DNA of 64,000 nucleotides from assembly GCF_006345805.1 (NCBI RefSeq), contig NC_042997.1, forward strand, positions 169,508,001-169,572,000. Direction: 5' to 3'. The notes under the pieces were generated by a model, which was given only the letters and a program-made list of their open reading frames with translations, did no database searches and was not told the origin of the DNA. Both the position numbers and the translations under genes were made by a program. Position 1 is the stretch's first letter, and each line of letters begins with the position of its first letter. Source of the stretch: Octopus sinensis (Eukaryota). Positions 24,378 through 37,047 of the stretch are shown here, piece after piece.

Positions 24378-24539
24378 GGTGTTTTGTATTTATGGGACGT
24401 TTTTCAAGGTCAGCTGAAAAGGCAAATAAAAGTCAGCCATACGGATCAAGCAGCTTTTATTCGTTTTGTCCAAGTCTTTGACCACACTGTTGTGTGTGAT
24501 TATGGCAATGAACTTCGTGTTATCAACTTTCCTACAATT
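24378..24539 (+). CDS. SCAP: 5' part of SCAP last exon, broken at 24539
   Basis: ttgtag|GVLYLWDVFQGQLKRQIKVSHTDQAAFIRFVQVFDHTVVCDYGNELRVINFPTI, then unrelated repeat sequence (frame stays open to a stop at 24587). Confidence 0.87.
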
Positions 24540-25755
24540 ACCCTTATTTTTTACCAAAATTTCTTCGGGTTCCTGTTTCCGATATAGGAGACTAGGATTT
24601 TGCCAAAAAACGTTTCCAAAATGTTAATAATCCTAATCCTCCCCACCCAAAATTTTAAATCTTTTACTTTTTTTGAAAATTATTTTTAATCCATGTAGAA
24701 AAATAGAGATTATGAATCTTTAAAAATTAAAAAAAAATTTTTTCTTAAAGAAACACCCAAAGAAACACCCCGCCCATCACCTCCTAATGTTTTACTTTTT
24801 AGCTTTTTTGAAAGCGGGGAAAATTTTCCAGAAATAATGTCACTTAGCTGTTGTTTCTAGCATGTCGGGATTTCTGGTAAAGGTCTGATATTTTTGACGT
24901 CTGCTATTTCAGTAGAATTCTACACATGCGTGAAACATCAGACCAAAGTGAAACGTTTTTAGTTTTTATTTTTTGAAAGTGGGGAGGTGATAGGTGGAGG
25001 TGGAAAGAGCATTGAGTGTTTCTTAAAGAAAAATTAAAATTAAAAAAATAAAATGGTTAATGTTTACATCTTGACCCGGAAATGCAAATCCAAAAAAAAA
25101 ACAAAAAAAAAAACACGGGAATGGGTATGAAACAATGTGCAAGAAACGAATATGAAAAAAAAAATGCGCGCAAGTCAACGAGAGGGTGGAGAGAGGACTT
25201 CGAAAAATTCACAAGATCCGACCTTTTCCCCTCATAACTTTTAAGAAAATGGGATTTTTTTCAATGAAATTTTTTAGGAATACCTTTCAAACGGCATACA
25301 TTACGATTATAAAGAAATTTGTGAGGAAAATCTTTTACAAGGGGTGTAGGAGAGGAGTTTGGAAAGTTCACTAAATCTAAGTTTTTCCCTCATAAGTTTT
25401 AGGAAAATAGATATTTTGCAATGAAATTTTATAGAAATACCTTTGAAACGGCATACATTACGATTATAAAGTAATTTGTGGGGAAAATCTTGAGGTGGGG
25501 AGAGGACTTTCGGAAAATTCCCAAGATCCGAATTTTTCCTCGTTATATTCCGAAATCACATTCAACTTTCTACAGTTACCCTAGCGTAGTACTACTACAC
25601 TACGTAGTGTTTATTTCTACCCACTTTCTATAATTTTTAGTGTTTTGGCTTCAAATTTTGTTTAATTTTCAATTATTTTTACGCTTTTTTAACCCTTCGT
25701 TGTTATTCTCATTCACTCGTTATTACTTTCTATCTCTCTCTATATATAGAGAGAG

Positions 25756-25808
<53 letters not shown>

Positions 25809-26369
25809 TATACACACACACACACACATATATATATACACACACACACACACATATATATATACACACACATATATATATACACACATACATATATACA
25901 CACGCACACACATATATATATACACACACACATATATATATACAGTTATGAGGGAAAAGGGATCTTTTCGGTTTGTCATTGAAAAAAAACTTATTTTCCT
26001 AAAAGTTATGAGGGGAAAAGCTCGGATCTTGTGAATTTTCCGAAGTCCTCTCCTCACCCTCCCGTTGCTTTGCGCGCATTTTTTTTTTTTCATATTCGTT
26101 TCCTGCACATTGTTTTACACCCATTCCAATATATATATATATATATATATTGGATTTTCATTTCCGTATCAAGATGTAAACATTAACCCAAAAAATTACC
26201 AGATTCGTTATCTCTGTATTTTTCTACTGGAGTAAAAAAAAAAATCGAAAGAAGTTAAAAAGTAAGAAATTGGGGGGGGGGGGAATAATACTTTGAAAAC
26301 GTAATTTTGGGGCAAAATATTCTTCTATATTGAAAACATAAATCCGAAAAAAATTTTGATAGTAAAAAA
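24540..26369. repeat. Long imperfect inverted repeat (foldback-like) with internal ~155-bp tandem units and central microsatellite
   Basis: 24540-24720 inverts 26201-26369; 25055-25250 inverts 25990-26190; tandem units start ~25190, 25350, 25500. Confidence 0.8.
25731..25944. repeat. Compound (TA)n/(CA)n microsatellite
   Basis: Direct inspection. Confidence 0.97.
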
Positions 26370-26746
26370 CCCACTGAAAACAGGTGGTGTACACATTCTT
26401 AACCTCTGTCATGCTCGTCGACGCACTCTAATCACAGGTTTATGTTTATGCCCTGTCATTCTGCCCTCTTTTTTTTACGTTACTACAACAAAGTCGTCTG
26501 CTTTCCGAAGCTGATTGATCGGCTGTCTCTTCCATTCAGACACTCTCGATTTACTTTCCTCATCTCGCCACCTGTATGGTGCTCTTCTCTTTGCAAGCCA
26601 TATACTAAACAATTTTGCAAGTCCTTTATTCCCAGAAAGTTAGTCCTTTCTAATTCTTTCACTGCATATGTTTTTTTCTACAGCCGTCAAACAGAAACAT
26701 CAATCACATCGATCTCACAGGCCTCGGGGAGTCTTCGGTGACTATA

Positions 26747-26981
26747 GGGCGACGAGCTGGCAGAATCGTTAGCACGCCTGCCGAAATGCTTAGCAGTATT
26801 TCGTCTGCCGCTACGTTCTGAGTTCAAATTCCGCCGAGGTCGACTTTGCCTTTCATCCTTTCGGGGTCGATTAAATAAATGCCAGTTACGCACTGGGGTC
26901 GATATAATCGACTTAATCCGTTTGTCTGTCCTTGTTTGTCCTCTCTGTGTTTAACCCCTTGTGGGTAGTAAAGAAATAGGT
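26747..26981 (+). mobile_element. tRNA-derived SINE, same family as 23312
   Basis: Near-identical to 23312-23543; CpGs retained, suggesting a young copy. Confidence 0.9.
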
Positions 26982-27559
26982 ACAGACCCTTCTTCTAGAT
27001 CAACTATTATCCCTTCCTTTTCAGTTTGGGTACTTCTTGCAAGTCGAGCCGGTGGATCGCTTCAACGTCTGCTCCTTACGTTTTGGGTTTAAAATCCTGC
27101 TGTGGGTTAATTTACTGTTTTAAGTTTACCGTTTTAACCTTCTGTGTTTTATAAAATGATTTACTAGTCTAATACTGGGGTTGATTGAATATTATTATAA
27201 GCGATCATGTAGATATTATATGCACCACTTAGACTTTTGTCAACCAGCAGTTATTATGAAAGTGATGTCTTTAAACTTGCATATTGATAGACATTGTTTA
27301 TTACTTTCAGTAATATAATCATTAGTTTTTTTAATAATGAAAATGAAGACAAATCATCAAGACATTATTTAAAACAGTAATCAATCTAAAGAACTAACAA
27401 CAAAAACAAGTGAACTTTTATAGATTCCCTTTCAAATGAAAACCTAAGTCGAAAGAACCAGAATAGTGAACTGGCAAAATCGTGAGAGAGCCGGACAAAA
27501 TACCTTGATATATCTCTTCCAGCTCGTTATGTCCTAATGAAAAACGAGAAGACAGAGGT

Positions 27560-27743
27560 GACTATGTTACGCTCCCATATCAGTTCGTCGAACGGATTTA
27601 TTTACAGAGAGTGGACGGATTAACTTTTCAGGGGAAACTAATTTGGGGTGTAACCGGTAGCTACTTCTCCGGTGTTGTGTGCACATGCGTGTAAGGTAAA
27701 TGTTAACAAGTTGGAAGCAGGCGACACTTACCATAGACTTTCA
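27560..27743 (+). promoter_or_regulatory. Possible ASCC3 promoter and non-coding first exon
   Basis: Locally CpG-retaining non-repeat-looking sequence ending at donor tca|gtaagt; the ATG exon at 35809 begins directly at an acceptor (aaacag|ATG), implying an upstream UTR exon. Confidence 0.4.
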
Positions 27744-29268
27744 GTAAGTTGGATAATATTTTAAAAATACAGCTTTTTGCCGAATATTTGCTTATATTTT
27801 TTCATTATTTTATTTTTCTTTGATTGTCAGGAATAGTTGTCTTTAGTTTTGAAGTGATAATATGAAGACTTGAAAAATATGTTAACTTTTTTCTCTTAAT
27901 TTCTGTTTGATTTTTACTTTTTACACGTAAAAACATTTGGCAAAGATATTTCCCCGAAGGAAATATTTTTTCCAAATCTTATGTCTTCATTTCTGTATAA
28001 TTCTTTAAAAACAAATTTTTTTCTACAATCAGAATTTCTTTATTAAACAGTAATTCAGTAAAAAATGAAACAAAAAAACAGTATAATTTACAAAAGTAAA
28101 AAGTAATGGAAGAATGAAAAATGAAAAGAAAAAGATTTAAAAGAAAATGGAAATCAGCAAATAGATAATCAAAATAGCGGCATACACACTTCTTCAGCAA
28201 TATTTCACTCCATGAAAACTTGTGTTTTCTGAAAAAAACTTGGGACTCTCTCCACGGCATTACTATTGACGATTGTTGACATAATGTTAAGTTTCTCATC
28301 AAAAAGAAAAACATTAACTTTGCTAGTAAATAATTTCATGTAATACAACAACAACAATAATAATCATTATTCCTAGTATAAGCACAAGGCCCAAAATTTG
28401 TGGGGATGGATTAGTTGATGTAATCGACGGTGATAACCGGTTGGTACTTTATTTTAGCGATCCCTAAAAGATGAAGGGTAATGTTGACCTCAGTGGGATG
28501 TGAACTCGGGACCGTAGAGAGCGGGAATAAGTACCGCAGGGTGTTTTGCCCGACTCTCTAACCATTCTCCTAAACCATTGTTTTGGTTCTGCCAACGAAT
28601 CATTTGGAAGGGAAGCTGTGAAAGTTTACCACTTGTTTTTGTGGTTAATTCTTTAGATAATCTGTCTTAACTGACATTATTAAAAAAAAAAGTAATTGTA
28701 TTACTGAGAATGATAAATAATGTCTATTTTGTGAAAATAATACACTAAAACTCGAAGATATGAAAACAGTGATTTGTCACCATTTCATACTTTGGATATA
28801 AATCAGTGGTTCTCAACCCGGGTCGATTCAAGATTTTAAAATTTATCGGCAATAAATTAGTTATACTTCTACAATATACAAAATATTATTACAAATTTTT
28901 AAATAATATTTAATTATAAAAGTTTTTAATAATATTTACTTATAAAACTATAAAAGGATTTTTTAAACATCGAATGGCCAGGAGGTTCTATCCGAGTAAA
29001 ATAGGAATCAAAGGGGGTCCACAGTTAAAAAATGTTTTCAGAAATAGTATTAATAACATAAGGTTTCGTTTTGCTTCTATGGAACCCACATTTATTCGAA
29101 GAAAAAATAGGTTTATTTTCCATTTTCATTTTGCCATGTCTCTTATCAAGTAAAACTGAAAACTGATGACCCATACAAACTAAACAACTATTGCACCATT
29201 TGTTCAACGATAAACGATTTTATAGGTTAGGCTTTTCTTAATCTAACCATTTACCTAATGCATTTGAG

Positions 29269-29778
29269 TTTTACAAACTGCACAAGAACTCCGGTTCATT
29301 TAACAGAAGGAAACGAACCTGTTTCTATGTCCCGTTAATAGCTTTTCGAAAGGGAAGTGAAAAGACGAACACCTTACAGTGAAAGATTCTGAGCTGTCGC
29401 ACTGCTTTCTGGAAATAGCAGCCAAGTCTCCCTCAAATTACACTACCGTCTGAAACAGCTGTGGGCGGCCTACGGAATTTTCTAAATGGTACATCTAACA
29501 AAAAAATTATCTTAAATTTATTTTAGTGGTGCGTTTGCCCGATGATGATCCATGTTTCATGCGACCCGCTTAAGATTGTCCATATCTAGTCCAAAAAAAA
29601 AAAAATGAATAAATAAAATAAAAAACGAACATAAATTATAAAATAGTCCTAGACACGAAGCACATATTCGTCACCTCTGCCAACAACGTTAGGGGGGAAG
29701 AAAATATAAGTTAACGGGACATAAAAATAAGTTCGTTTCCTTCTGTTAAACCTGAGTTCTTGTGCAGTTAGTGAGAAC
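29269..29778. mobile_element. Probable MITE with ~70-bp terminal inverted repeats
   Basis: aactgcacaagaactc...ttaacagaaggaaacgaac...atgtcccgttaa inverted at 29711-29778; no clear TSD. Confidence 0.6.
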
Positions 29779-30720
29779 ACGTTTGGTCGTAGCATCTGGG
29801 GCAGCTAGGGTGCTCGATCTGCTGCAAACCTCCCTCAAATCGCAACTTACTGCCTAGATATGATATAAGACAGGATGGTCACGGTTGGAACTCCCTTGGT
29901 CGCAGGTCTTGATCAGAGCCGACTTGGGTTATCAACAGCTGAATTACTAATTCAACATGTCAAAAGCCCCTACCTCTATTGTACGTTTACAGCTTGATCG
30001 TAACTGATTCTGCGAAATACTTTTTCTGTCTTTCCTTTTTTTTTTTTTAATGTTCTCGTTAAACCAGTCATATAGTTGAGGACCCTATGTGGAAACCAAA
30101 ACAAATTGTGTTGAGAGAAGAGTCGTGTAAAATACATAATAATCTTCTAAAATACATAACATATAGTTTCATTGTTTTTATTATTATTATTATTGTTATT
30201 ATCTTTTACAATAGTGCATATTATAATGTATATTATTTTCGCTTTGCAACATTAATAATAACATTCCGATCCAAAAACTGATTACTCAGTGTAATAATTA
30301 AATTGGTAATTACTACGACTTGCAATTTGGCTTAATATAAAAGTTTTTCAGTTTCACAAAAACTTTCAGTTTGTGGTGGCTACTGTATACATTATGAGGT
30401 GGAAAATTATCTTACAGACGCACTTTTAAATTTATGTGTATATGTGTCTGTGTTGAACAATTTTTCATCTAAATGTAACTAGTTCTGTAAAGAATGAATT
30501 AGAAACGTTTGAGTAATTTAAATATAAAACCTGAGCACAGCTGTATTTTTAATAAAAAAGACTGTTTAGGTAACAAATAGATGTATATAAAAACTTAAAT
30601 GAAACCAAAGCAATTTATATCAGGAAGTTAGGAGGAATAGAACTTAGTGGAATATATATAGGCAACATTTTGACACGCTTGCTTTCATCGAAAGATCGCC
30701 ATACAAATACACACACTTTA

Positions 30721-30848
30721 TATTTTTAATCGATAAAAGTTACAAAGTGACTCAGAGGCCAAGAGTTTCGTGCGTGACACGTTTAATGAAGTGCTATGCA
30801 TGAAACTCAGTCCTTGAGTCACTTTGTAACTTCTGCCGATTAAAAATA
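30721..30848. repeat. ~128-bp imperfect palindrome
   Basis: tatttttaatcg..aagttacaaagtgactca / tgagtcactttgtaactt..cgattaaaaata. Confidence 0.85.
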
Positions 30849-30999
30849 ATTAAAAGAATATTAGAAAGTCACTACATTCCTTCTTTCGCAATCAAGCTAA
30901 ACTGAAAAACTTCTAAACCAAAACCAAGTCTTGTTTTAATGTTTATTAATTACACTCGACGAACTATGAATAACCTTTTGTATTTATTCTGTCGGTATG

Positions 31000-31425
31000 G
31001 GATCTTTTCGGTTTGAACGGCAGTTTTTAACATAATTTCTAGGTAACTAAAAAATGTTAAACTTCGTATCCTGGTAGAACGTGTTTATAAAACATATTTT
31101 TCTCTTGGCTTTATTGAAAAAATTCTATAGTTTGTAAGATATTTGTTATTTTTTTTCTTCAATTTCTGCAATTTCAACCAATCAGTGACGTCTATCGAGG
31201 TAAAAAAAAATATTCTGTGCCGTATGAATATGTCCCTCGTTTAAGAAACAGATTGGGTTTATTTACATTTGTGAAGAAAAAAGATACCCTCCCCTTAACC
31301 AACCCTAACTATCCCTAACCCTAACACAGATTGAAATGCAATAGATCGATACTAGGGTCATAATTATGGGTGACAATTTCATATGACACCACTAGAAAAA
31401 ACTGCCGTTCAAACCGAAGTGATCC
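31000..31425. mobile_element. MITE with ~29-bp TIR and perfect 8-bp TSD (Merlin-like termini)
   Basis: TSD tcggtatg at 30992-30999 and 31426-31433; TIR ggatcttttcggtttgaacggcagttttt. Confidence 0.9.
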
Positions 31426-34359
31426 TCGGTATGTTCTCCCGCCATATACAGGTATCAATGTTTTAAAATATAAATGATTTAGAGTTGAAATCTTTTACAT
31501 TTACTGCAGCTCAAGTTTTAAATATTAAATGTTTTTCCGGTGACTTTAACTGGTATATAAAAAAAAAAATCACTACCTAACATATGTCTGTGGCACGTAA
31601 AAAGCACCCAGCACACTCTATATAGTGGTTGGCGTTAGGAAGGGCATCCAGCCATAGAAACCATACTATAACAGACTATTGGGGTCTGGACAGCTCCCCA
31701 GCTGGCCAGTTCCTGTCAAGCCGTCCAACCCATGCCAGCATGGAAAATGGATGTTAAACGATGATGATGACTAATTAATGTATGAAGTAGACATCAGCTA
31801 TCTTATCGACTCCTGCATAACGTCCAAAAAGATACTGCAAAGCCAATAAAATTGTACGAGCTTTTAATAAATAGTTGTTGTTTAGCTTGAGTCAACCCTG
31901 ATCAATGGGATTTGTAGTCAAAGCCATCCTATCTTTCTTTATATCAAAACATTCTCCTATGTAACTTTTACTGAAGATGTTAAGCTATGACCTTAAAAGT
32001 AATGGCTTCCAGGTAGATTTGGCTCCTACTTTTAGCTGGTCAGGCAACTGTATGGAGGTTCTGTTAATTGGCCATTTAAACTCCTTAACCAAATTTAGGT
32101 GAAATTGTTAAGAATTTTGGCCCCAGCATCAATAGATCAAATGGCTGCATTTTCAGCAGATCAAGTATTAGCATTAGTGTGGTACTAAAACTATGATTCT
32201 AAATTCTTTGGTCGACATACTTGATATAAATAAGATGCAATGAATGGATTAGACATGAACTTTGCATCCCCAGCACTGTAAATTGTGTAGAACAGTAATT
32301 CTGAATAAAAAAAAGCACTGGCACAAAGTCGATAAGACTCTTCAGCTGTACTGCAGAGGTTCTTAACATGAGCAGTACCACCTCCAAGGGTTATCTTTCT
32401 TTAGTTTATCATTCATTGATTTGAGGTGTGTGCTAGGCATAACAACTACTTAACAGGGAGAGGGGCTACAAAAAATGGGCTAAGAACCACTATAAAGTGA
32501 TGGTTGAATGGTAGAATAAAGCCAGTCAATATTGTGAAATGGTCAACAATAGGAAGGGTACCCAATTATAAAAAACCATGACAAACACAACAGTGACTAA
32601 TTTTCTTTATTGTTGTGTGCACCAAATAACAACTGACTGTGACAAGTAGCTAGAAGCTGTAGGGCCCAACCAACCTATGTCAGTGTGGAAAAATGGATGG
32701 AGATGATGATGGCTTTAGCTTGCTTATTGATCAAACAGTAATGCTCCCTTCTCTCCTTCACAGCATATTGTTGACATTCTGATTATTTTGCAGATACGCA
32801 ATTTATTACTGAAAGACACCTGTTCTAATTGTTATAGTGCACTTCACTGAACAAATCAATGAATGATAAACTAAAGAATGATGATAACCAGCTGTACTGT
32901 TTACACAGACTGTAGCATCTAAAGTGTTATATTTGTTGGTTACTCTCAACTATTTTATTGAATAATCAATACTGTATTTAAAACAAAAGGAAAAATAAAG
33001 CCCAAAACAGTTAATTGACCAGAGATGTCATCTGCATGTAATCAACAGTTGACTATAGGTGAACTTAGATAATAGAGAGCTTCAATAATCTATCTAGAAA
33101 TTTTAATGTCATCAAGAGAGGAAAATGGCTGAATAACTAACATTATTTTATTCTGTATTTCTAATTAGATTTTTGGTGCTCTGCATTTAATATGTTCATT
33201 TTTACTTTTTCAGTGCTAGAGGTCTTCTTAACCCTTTTGATACTGACCCTCTTAAAACTGCCCTGATTCTGTGATGCAAAATTCATATCTAAAAACTTCC
33301 AAGAAAATTTCATGTTAATTTATGCTCCACACACCAGCTTAATAATGACAGTTATTTTACTAAATTCTTCATTATTTTAAAAATTAATTGGAATTAAGAC
33401 AATGAATTTCAACAGTAATATAGTAACAATGACTGACTCTATACTTAGTAACAACAATGTAAGGATTTCTTTGAGGTAACCGACTTCCTGTTGATTATCA
33501 AAAAAGTTCTAGGATTGTCAGTTAATTCACATGTATTGAATTCAATTTTTTAAAATCCTTTTTCCTTACCCCTTCCTCTGTAACTTGTCAAATACAGCAG
33601 CTGATATTTGTCTCTCATAGATCAATGACTGAACACAGTTGGCAGGACAACTGATCATTTAACATCTATTTTTCATGCTGTCATGGATTGGACAGTTTGG
33701 CTGAAAACTGCTAAGTTGCACCAGGTTCCAGTCTGATTTGGCATGGTTTCTACAGCTGGATTCCCTTCCTAACACCAAACACTCCAAGAGTGTAGTGGGT
33801 GCTTTTTACATGTTACTGGCATGGGTACCAGTTATGAAATACCAGCATGTGCTGTGACTACAATCTTATTTGGCTTGACAGTTCTTCGCAAGCACAGTAT
33901 ATTGCCAAGGTTCTCAGTCACTTGTCACTGCCTCTCGTCACATTGTCACTTATTTCTCTAACACATATATATATATATAACATATGTGTGTGTATATATA
34001 TATATATATTTCTGATGACTGGATAACTGAAGAGATGGCGGCGTGGTTTTCCACCTTGGCATCCGAAACTCTCGTCTAAATTCGCTAGCTTACAGTATGG
34101 CCACCCTCCCACCCCCTCCACCAGTACCGGAATTTCCTATCCTCTGTCATCCTTTGGTTGTCTCCCATGAACACTTCTAAAAGCTTAACGCCATCCCCAC
34201 CCCTACCTAGGATTTATCAATCATATAGTGCATAAAAATGATTATGTAGTGTAGCATATTGAAGGCTATTGTTTGTTTATGAATTCTGCCAAATGTGAGC
34301 TTTCTTTTCTGGTACATGATACTGCTGTCCCCCATCCCAGGGTCTCACACACCTCCCAC

Positions 34360-35000
34360 ACCCTCTTTCTTTGAAACCTCGTTTAGTGCAAGTGAACCAT
34401 CATCCATGCGGACACATTTCTCTCCTACAACACCACCATTCTCTCTCACACACTGTCTTGCAACATGAAATAAAATTTGGTCCTCACGGCACAGGACATT
34501 GTCAAATTTTTTCTTATCTGCTTCCCCTCAGGCTAAATAAACCTGTCTCCTAGCTTCCCTTCTGGCAGTCTGATACAATTCCCTGCTACCACCGTTCCTC
34601 CAGTACTATTTCTTTTCCCTAATAGCTCTCTCAACAACATTGTTCCACCACCATGTTACCTTGGGTCAAGAGGGGACTTTGCACCATCCACAGATCTGGT
34701 CAGTGTCCCTCAACAGGTTGTTCTGTAGAAAACTCCAGTTGTCTTCTACATCATGTGATGCTGTATCTCCTTCTATTTCGTCAAAGGCTTTGAGTAATGC
34801 ATCTCTAAATCTCTGTCCATTCACAGGATCTTTAAGCATCCAGACCCTTGTTCCTCCATGCTGATCGTCTTCTGGGCATCCATTTAGCCCTGATCCTGAA
34901 GTCGCTAACTACTAGTCTATGTTGTGGGGTACATTCTTCGCCTGGGAGGGTTTTGGCATTTCTAAGCAGCCATCTTTCCCTTTTTCTGGCAAGAATGTAG
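34360..35000 (-). mobile_element. RTE LINE internal fragment (endonuclease-RT linker)
   Basis: Minus-strand peptides LVVSDFRI, RFRDALL, VEDNWSFL, TWWWNNVVERAIREK with frameshifts. Confidence 0.75.
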
Positions 35001-35139
35001 TCACTTGGGTGTATAGGAAGTCAGGTCAGGATGTTCAAGGACATCCCAGTGTCAAGTTTAACAGTTGTCTAGCAGAGTCTACACTGTACCTACCAACCAG
35101 CATGTGCACCTTCTCCTCCATGATGTTTTCAGCCCACAA

Positions 35140-35670
35140 AGCTTTCGAGACATAGCAAATGTTAACAGTGAATTATGTGACACTTTCCGGGAAGCCTGCT
35201 TCAGGCATGGACTTTTCGAGGACAATTCACAATAGGGCGCCACTATGGCAGAGGGCGTTTTGTTAAAATCCCTTAAAACACTAAGATCGCTTTTCACTAT
35301 TCTACTCCTATGGCACGATTTGAGTGATCCCACCTCTTTATGGCTTACCTACAAAGATTACATGTCTGAAGATTTCCTGCATCAGGCTCAGTTGCTAAAT
35401 CCATCAATGGAGATCGGGTACAGTGACCTTATTTATAATGGTGCTGCTTGAAATCGAAAATACTGTTCTTAATATGGGCAGTAGTGCATTGGCGGTGTAT
35501 GGCCTACCTTCAACAAACTGGGAATGTGCAAGCACACTGTCTTCAGATTTGCTGCATGACACATTATAATCTTGACAAGCTTGCCCAGTACATAGCGGAG
35601 AATGAGCTAAAACTCCTTCCACAACTGAAGTTTGCTTACAATTCTGTCCAGGACAAAGCTGGGGGGATCT
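35140..35670 (+). mobile_element. Helitron Rep-helicase fragment
   Basis: TFREAC-HGL, LRSLFTILL, PTSLWLTYKDYMSEDFL, LAVYGLP, ...GGIF: the Rep-to-PIF1 linker just before Walker A; stops and frameshifts. Confidence 0.8.
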
Positions 35671-35808
35671 TTAAGCATATTTCTAAAGATTTGCTTGTCA
35701 TTTATTATACAGACAATAAATTAACTATTCTTTGTAAATATAAATTAGAAAACATGCATTATTTGATTAATTCATTTTACTGATTGAAAACAATTTCATT
35801 TTAAACAG

Positions 35809-36064
35809 ATGGCTTCCGTTGCCTGTGATACTCTTCCACGGCTGAGTAGTGCATTGCGAGCCTTCTCCAATGTATCAGCTGAAGTATCTGCATATGATAA
35901 AAGAAACAGAGAACTATTCAACAAAAGGCTCCGAAGGGCCAAAGAACAGAATGAAGAAGAAAGTTGGTCCAAGCTGGTTACTGTTATAAAGAAAAATGCC
36001 ATTGTTGACCAAGCAGAATTGCAAGTATCTTTAAAAGAGCTGAAAGACAGAGCAAAAGATATTG
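35809..36064 (+). CDS. ASCC3: ASCC3 first coding exon
   Basis: MASVACDTLPRLSSALRAFSNV (human MALPRLTGALRSFSNV)...AKDI(G)|gtaaat. Confidence 0.93.
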
Positions 36065-36810
36065 GTAAATATTTTATAATTTTCAAAGAAAATAAGTGGC
36101 AGTGTAAATGACACTAGTCCTTTTTCATTAATATCAATTCACAACTTTTATATTTTAATTGAAAAGTACTGGTGTCATTTAAAAATCTTGCTAGAAGACA
36201 AACAGTTAATATTTTCTAAAAGTGATTTTAAATTTAAAGAAAAAGACTATAGAATGCATGTTCATCTTTCATTTTTTGTTTGTTTTTGGTAACATTAGTA
36301 ATGTTATTAATATTCAGTGTTTGTAAAGCGGTGAGCTGGTGATACTGTTAGCATGCTGGGCAAAATGCTTTTTGTCCGTCTTTATGTTCTGAGTTCAAAT
36401 TCTACCAAGGTCGTCTTTGCATTTCATCTTTTCAGGGATCAATAAAATAAGTACCAGTTGAACACTGGGATCAGTGTAATCAACTTATCCCATCCACCAA
36501 GATTACTGGCATTGCACCAAAATTTGAAACCAATATTTAGTGACTCTATTCTTTCTTGTTATTAGACATAGTTAGTTGTCTAACATTGCTGGCTTGTGAT
36601 GGCTCTACAATTTACTACTAATTTAATTTTTATTATATTCCTCTTTAGCCCTACTTCTTCATTTTAAACTTCTTTCAAGTCTTTTAAACAATTAGTCCTA
36701 AAGACATATATTGAACTCTCTCAAAATGTTTTCAACAAGCAGAATGAAAAGGATTTAGTTGAACAAAGATCCTGAATAAACAGCTTAAATTTCCAAATGA
36801 GTCTAATGCC

Positions 36811-37047
36811 AATTCTTATTTCTTTACTGCCCACAAGGGGCTACACACAGGAGACAAACGAGGACAGACAAATGGATTAAGTCGATTATATCGACCCCAG
36901 TGTGTAACTGGTACTTAATTTATCGACCCCGAAAGGATGAAAGGCAAAGTCAACCTCGGCGGAATTTGAACTCAGACTGTAACGGCAGACGAAATACCGC
37001 TAAGCATTTCACCTAGCGTGCTAACGTTTCTTCCAGCTTGCTGCCTT
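36811..37047 (-). mobile_element. tRNA-derived SINE (23312 family)
   Basis: Reverse complement of 26747-26981. Confidence 0.88.

Noticed and set aside
25640-26108. ORFs rich in YI/HT/CV repeats
   Set aside because: Translations of a dinucleotide microsatellite
31295-31325. Interstitial telomere
   Set aside because: Only a few degenerate TAACCC units, internal to a TSD-bounded MITE
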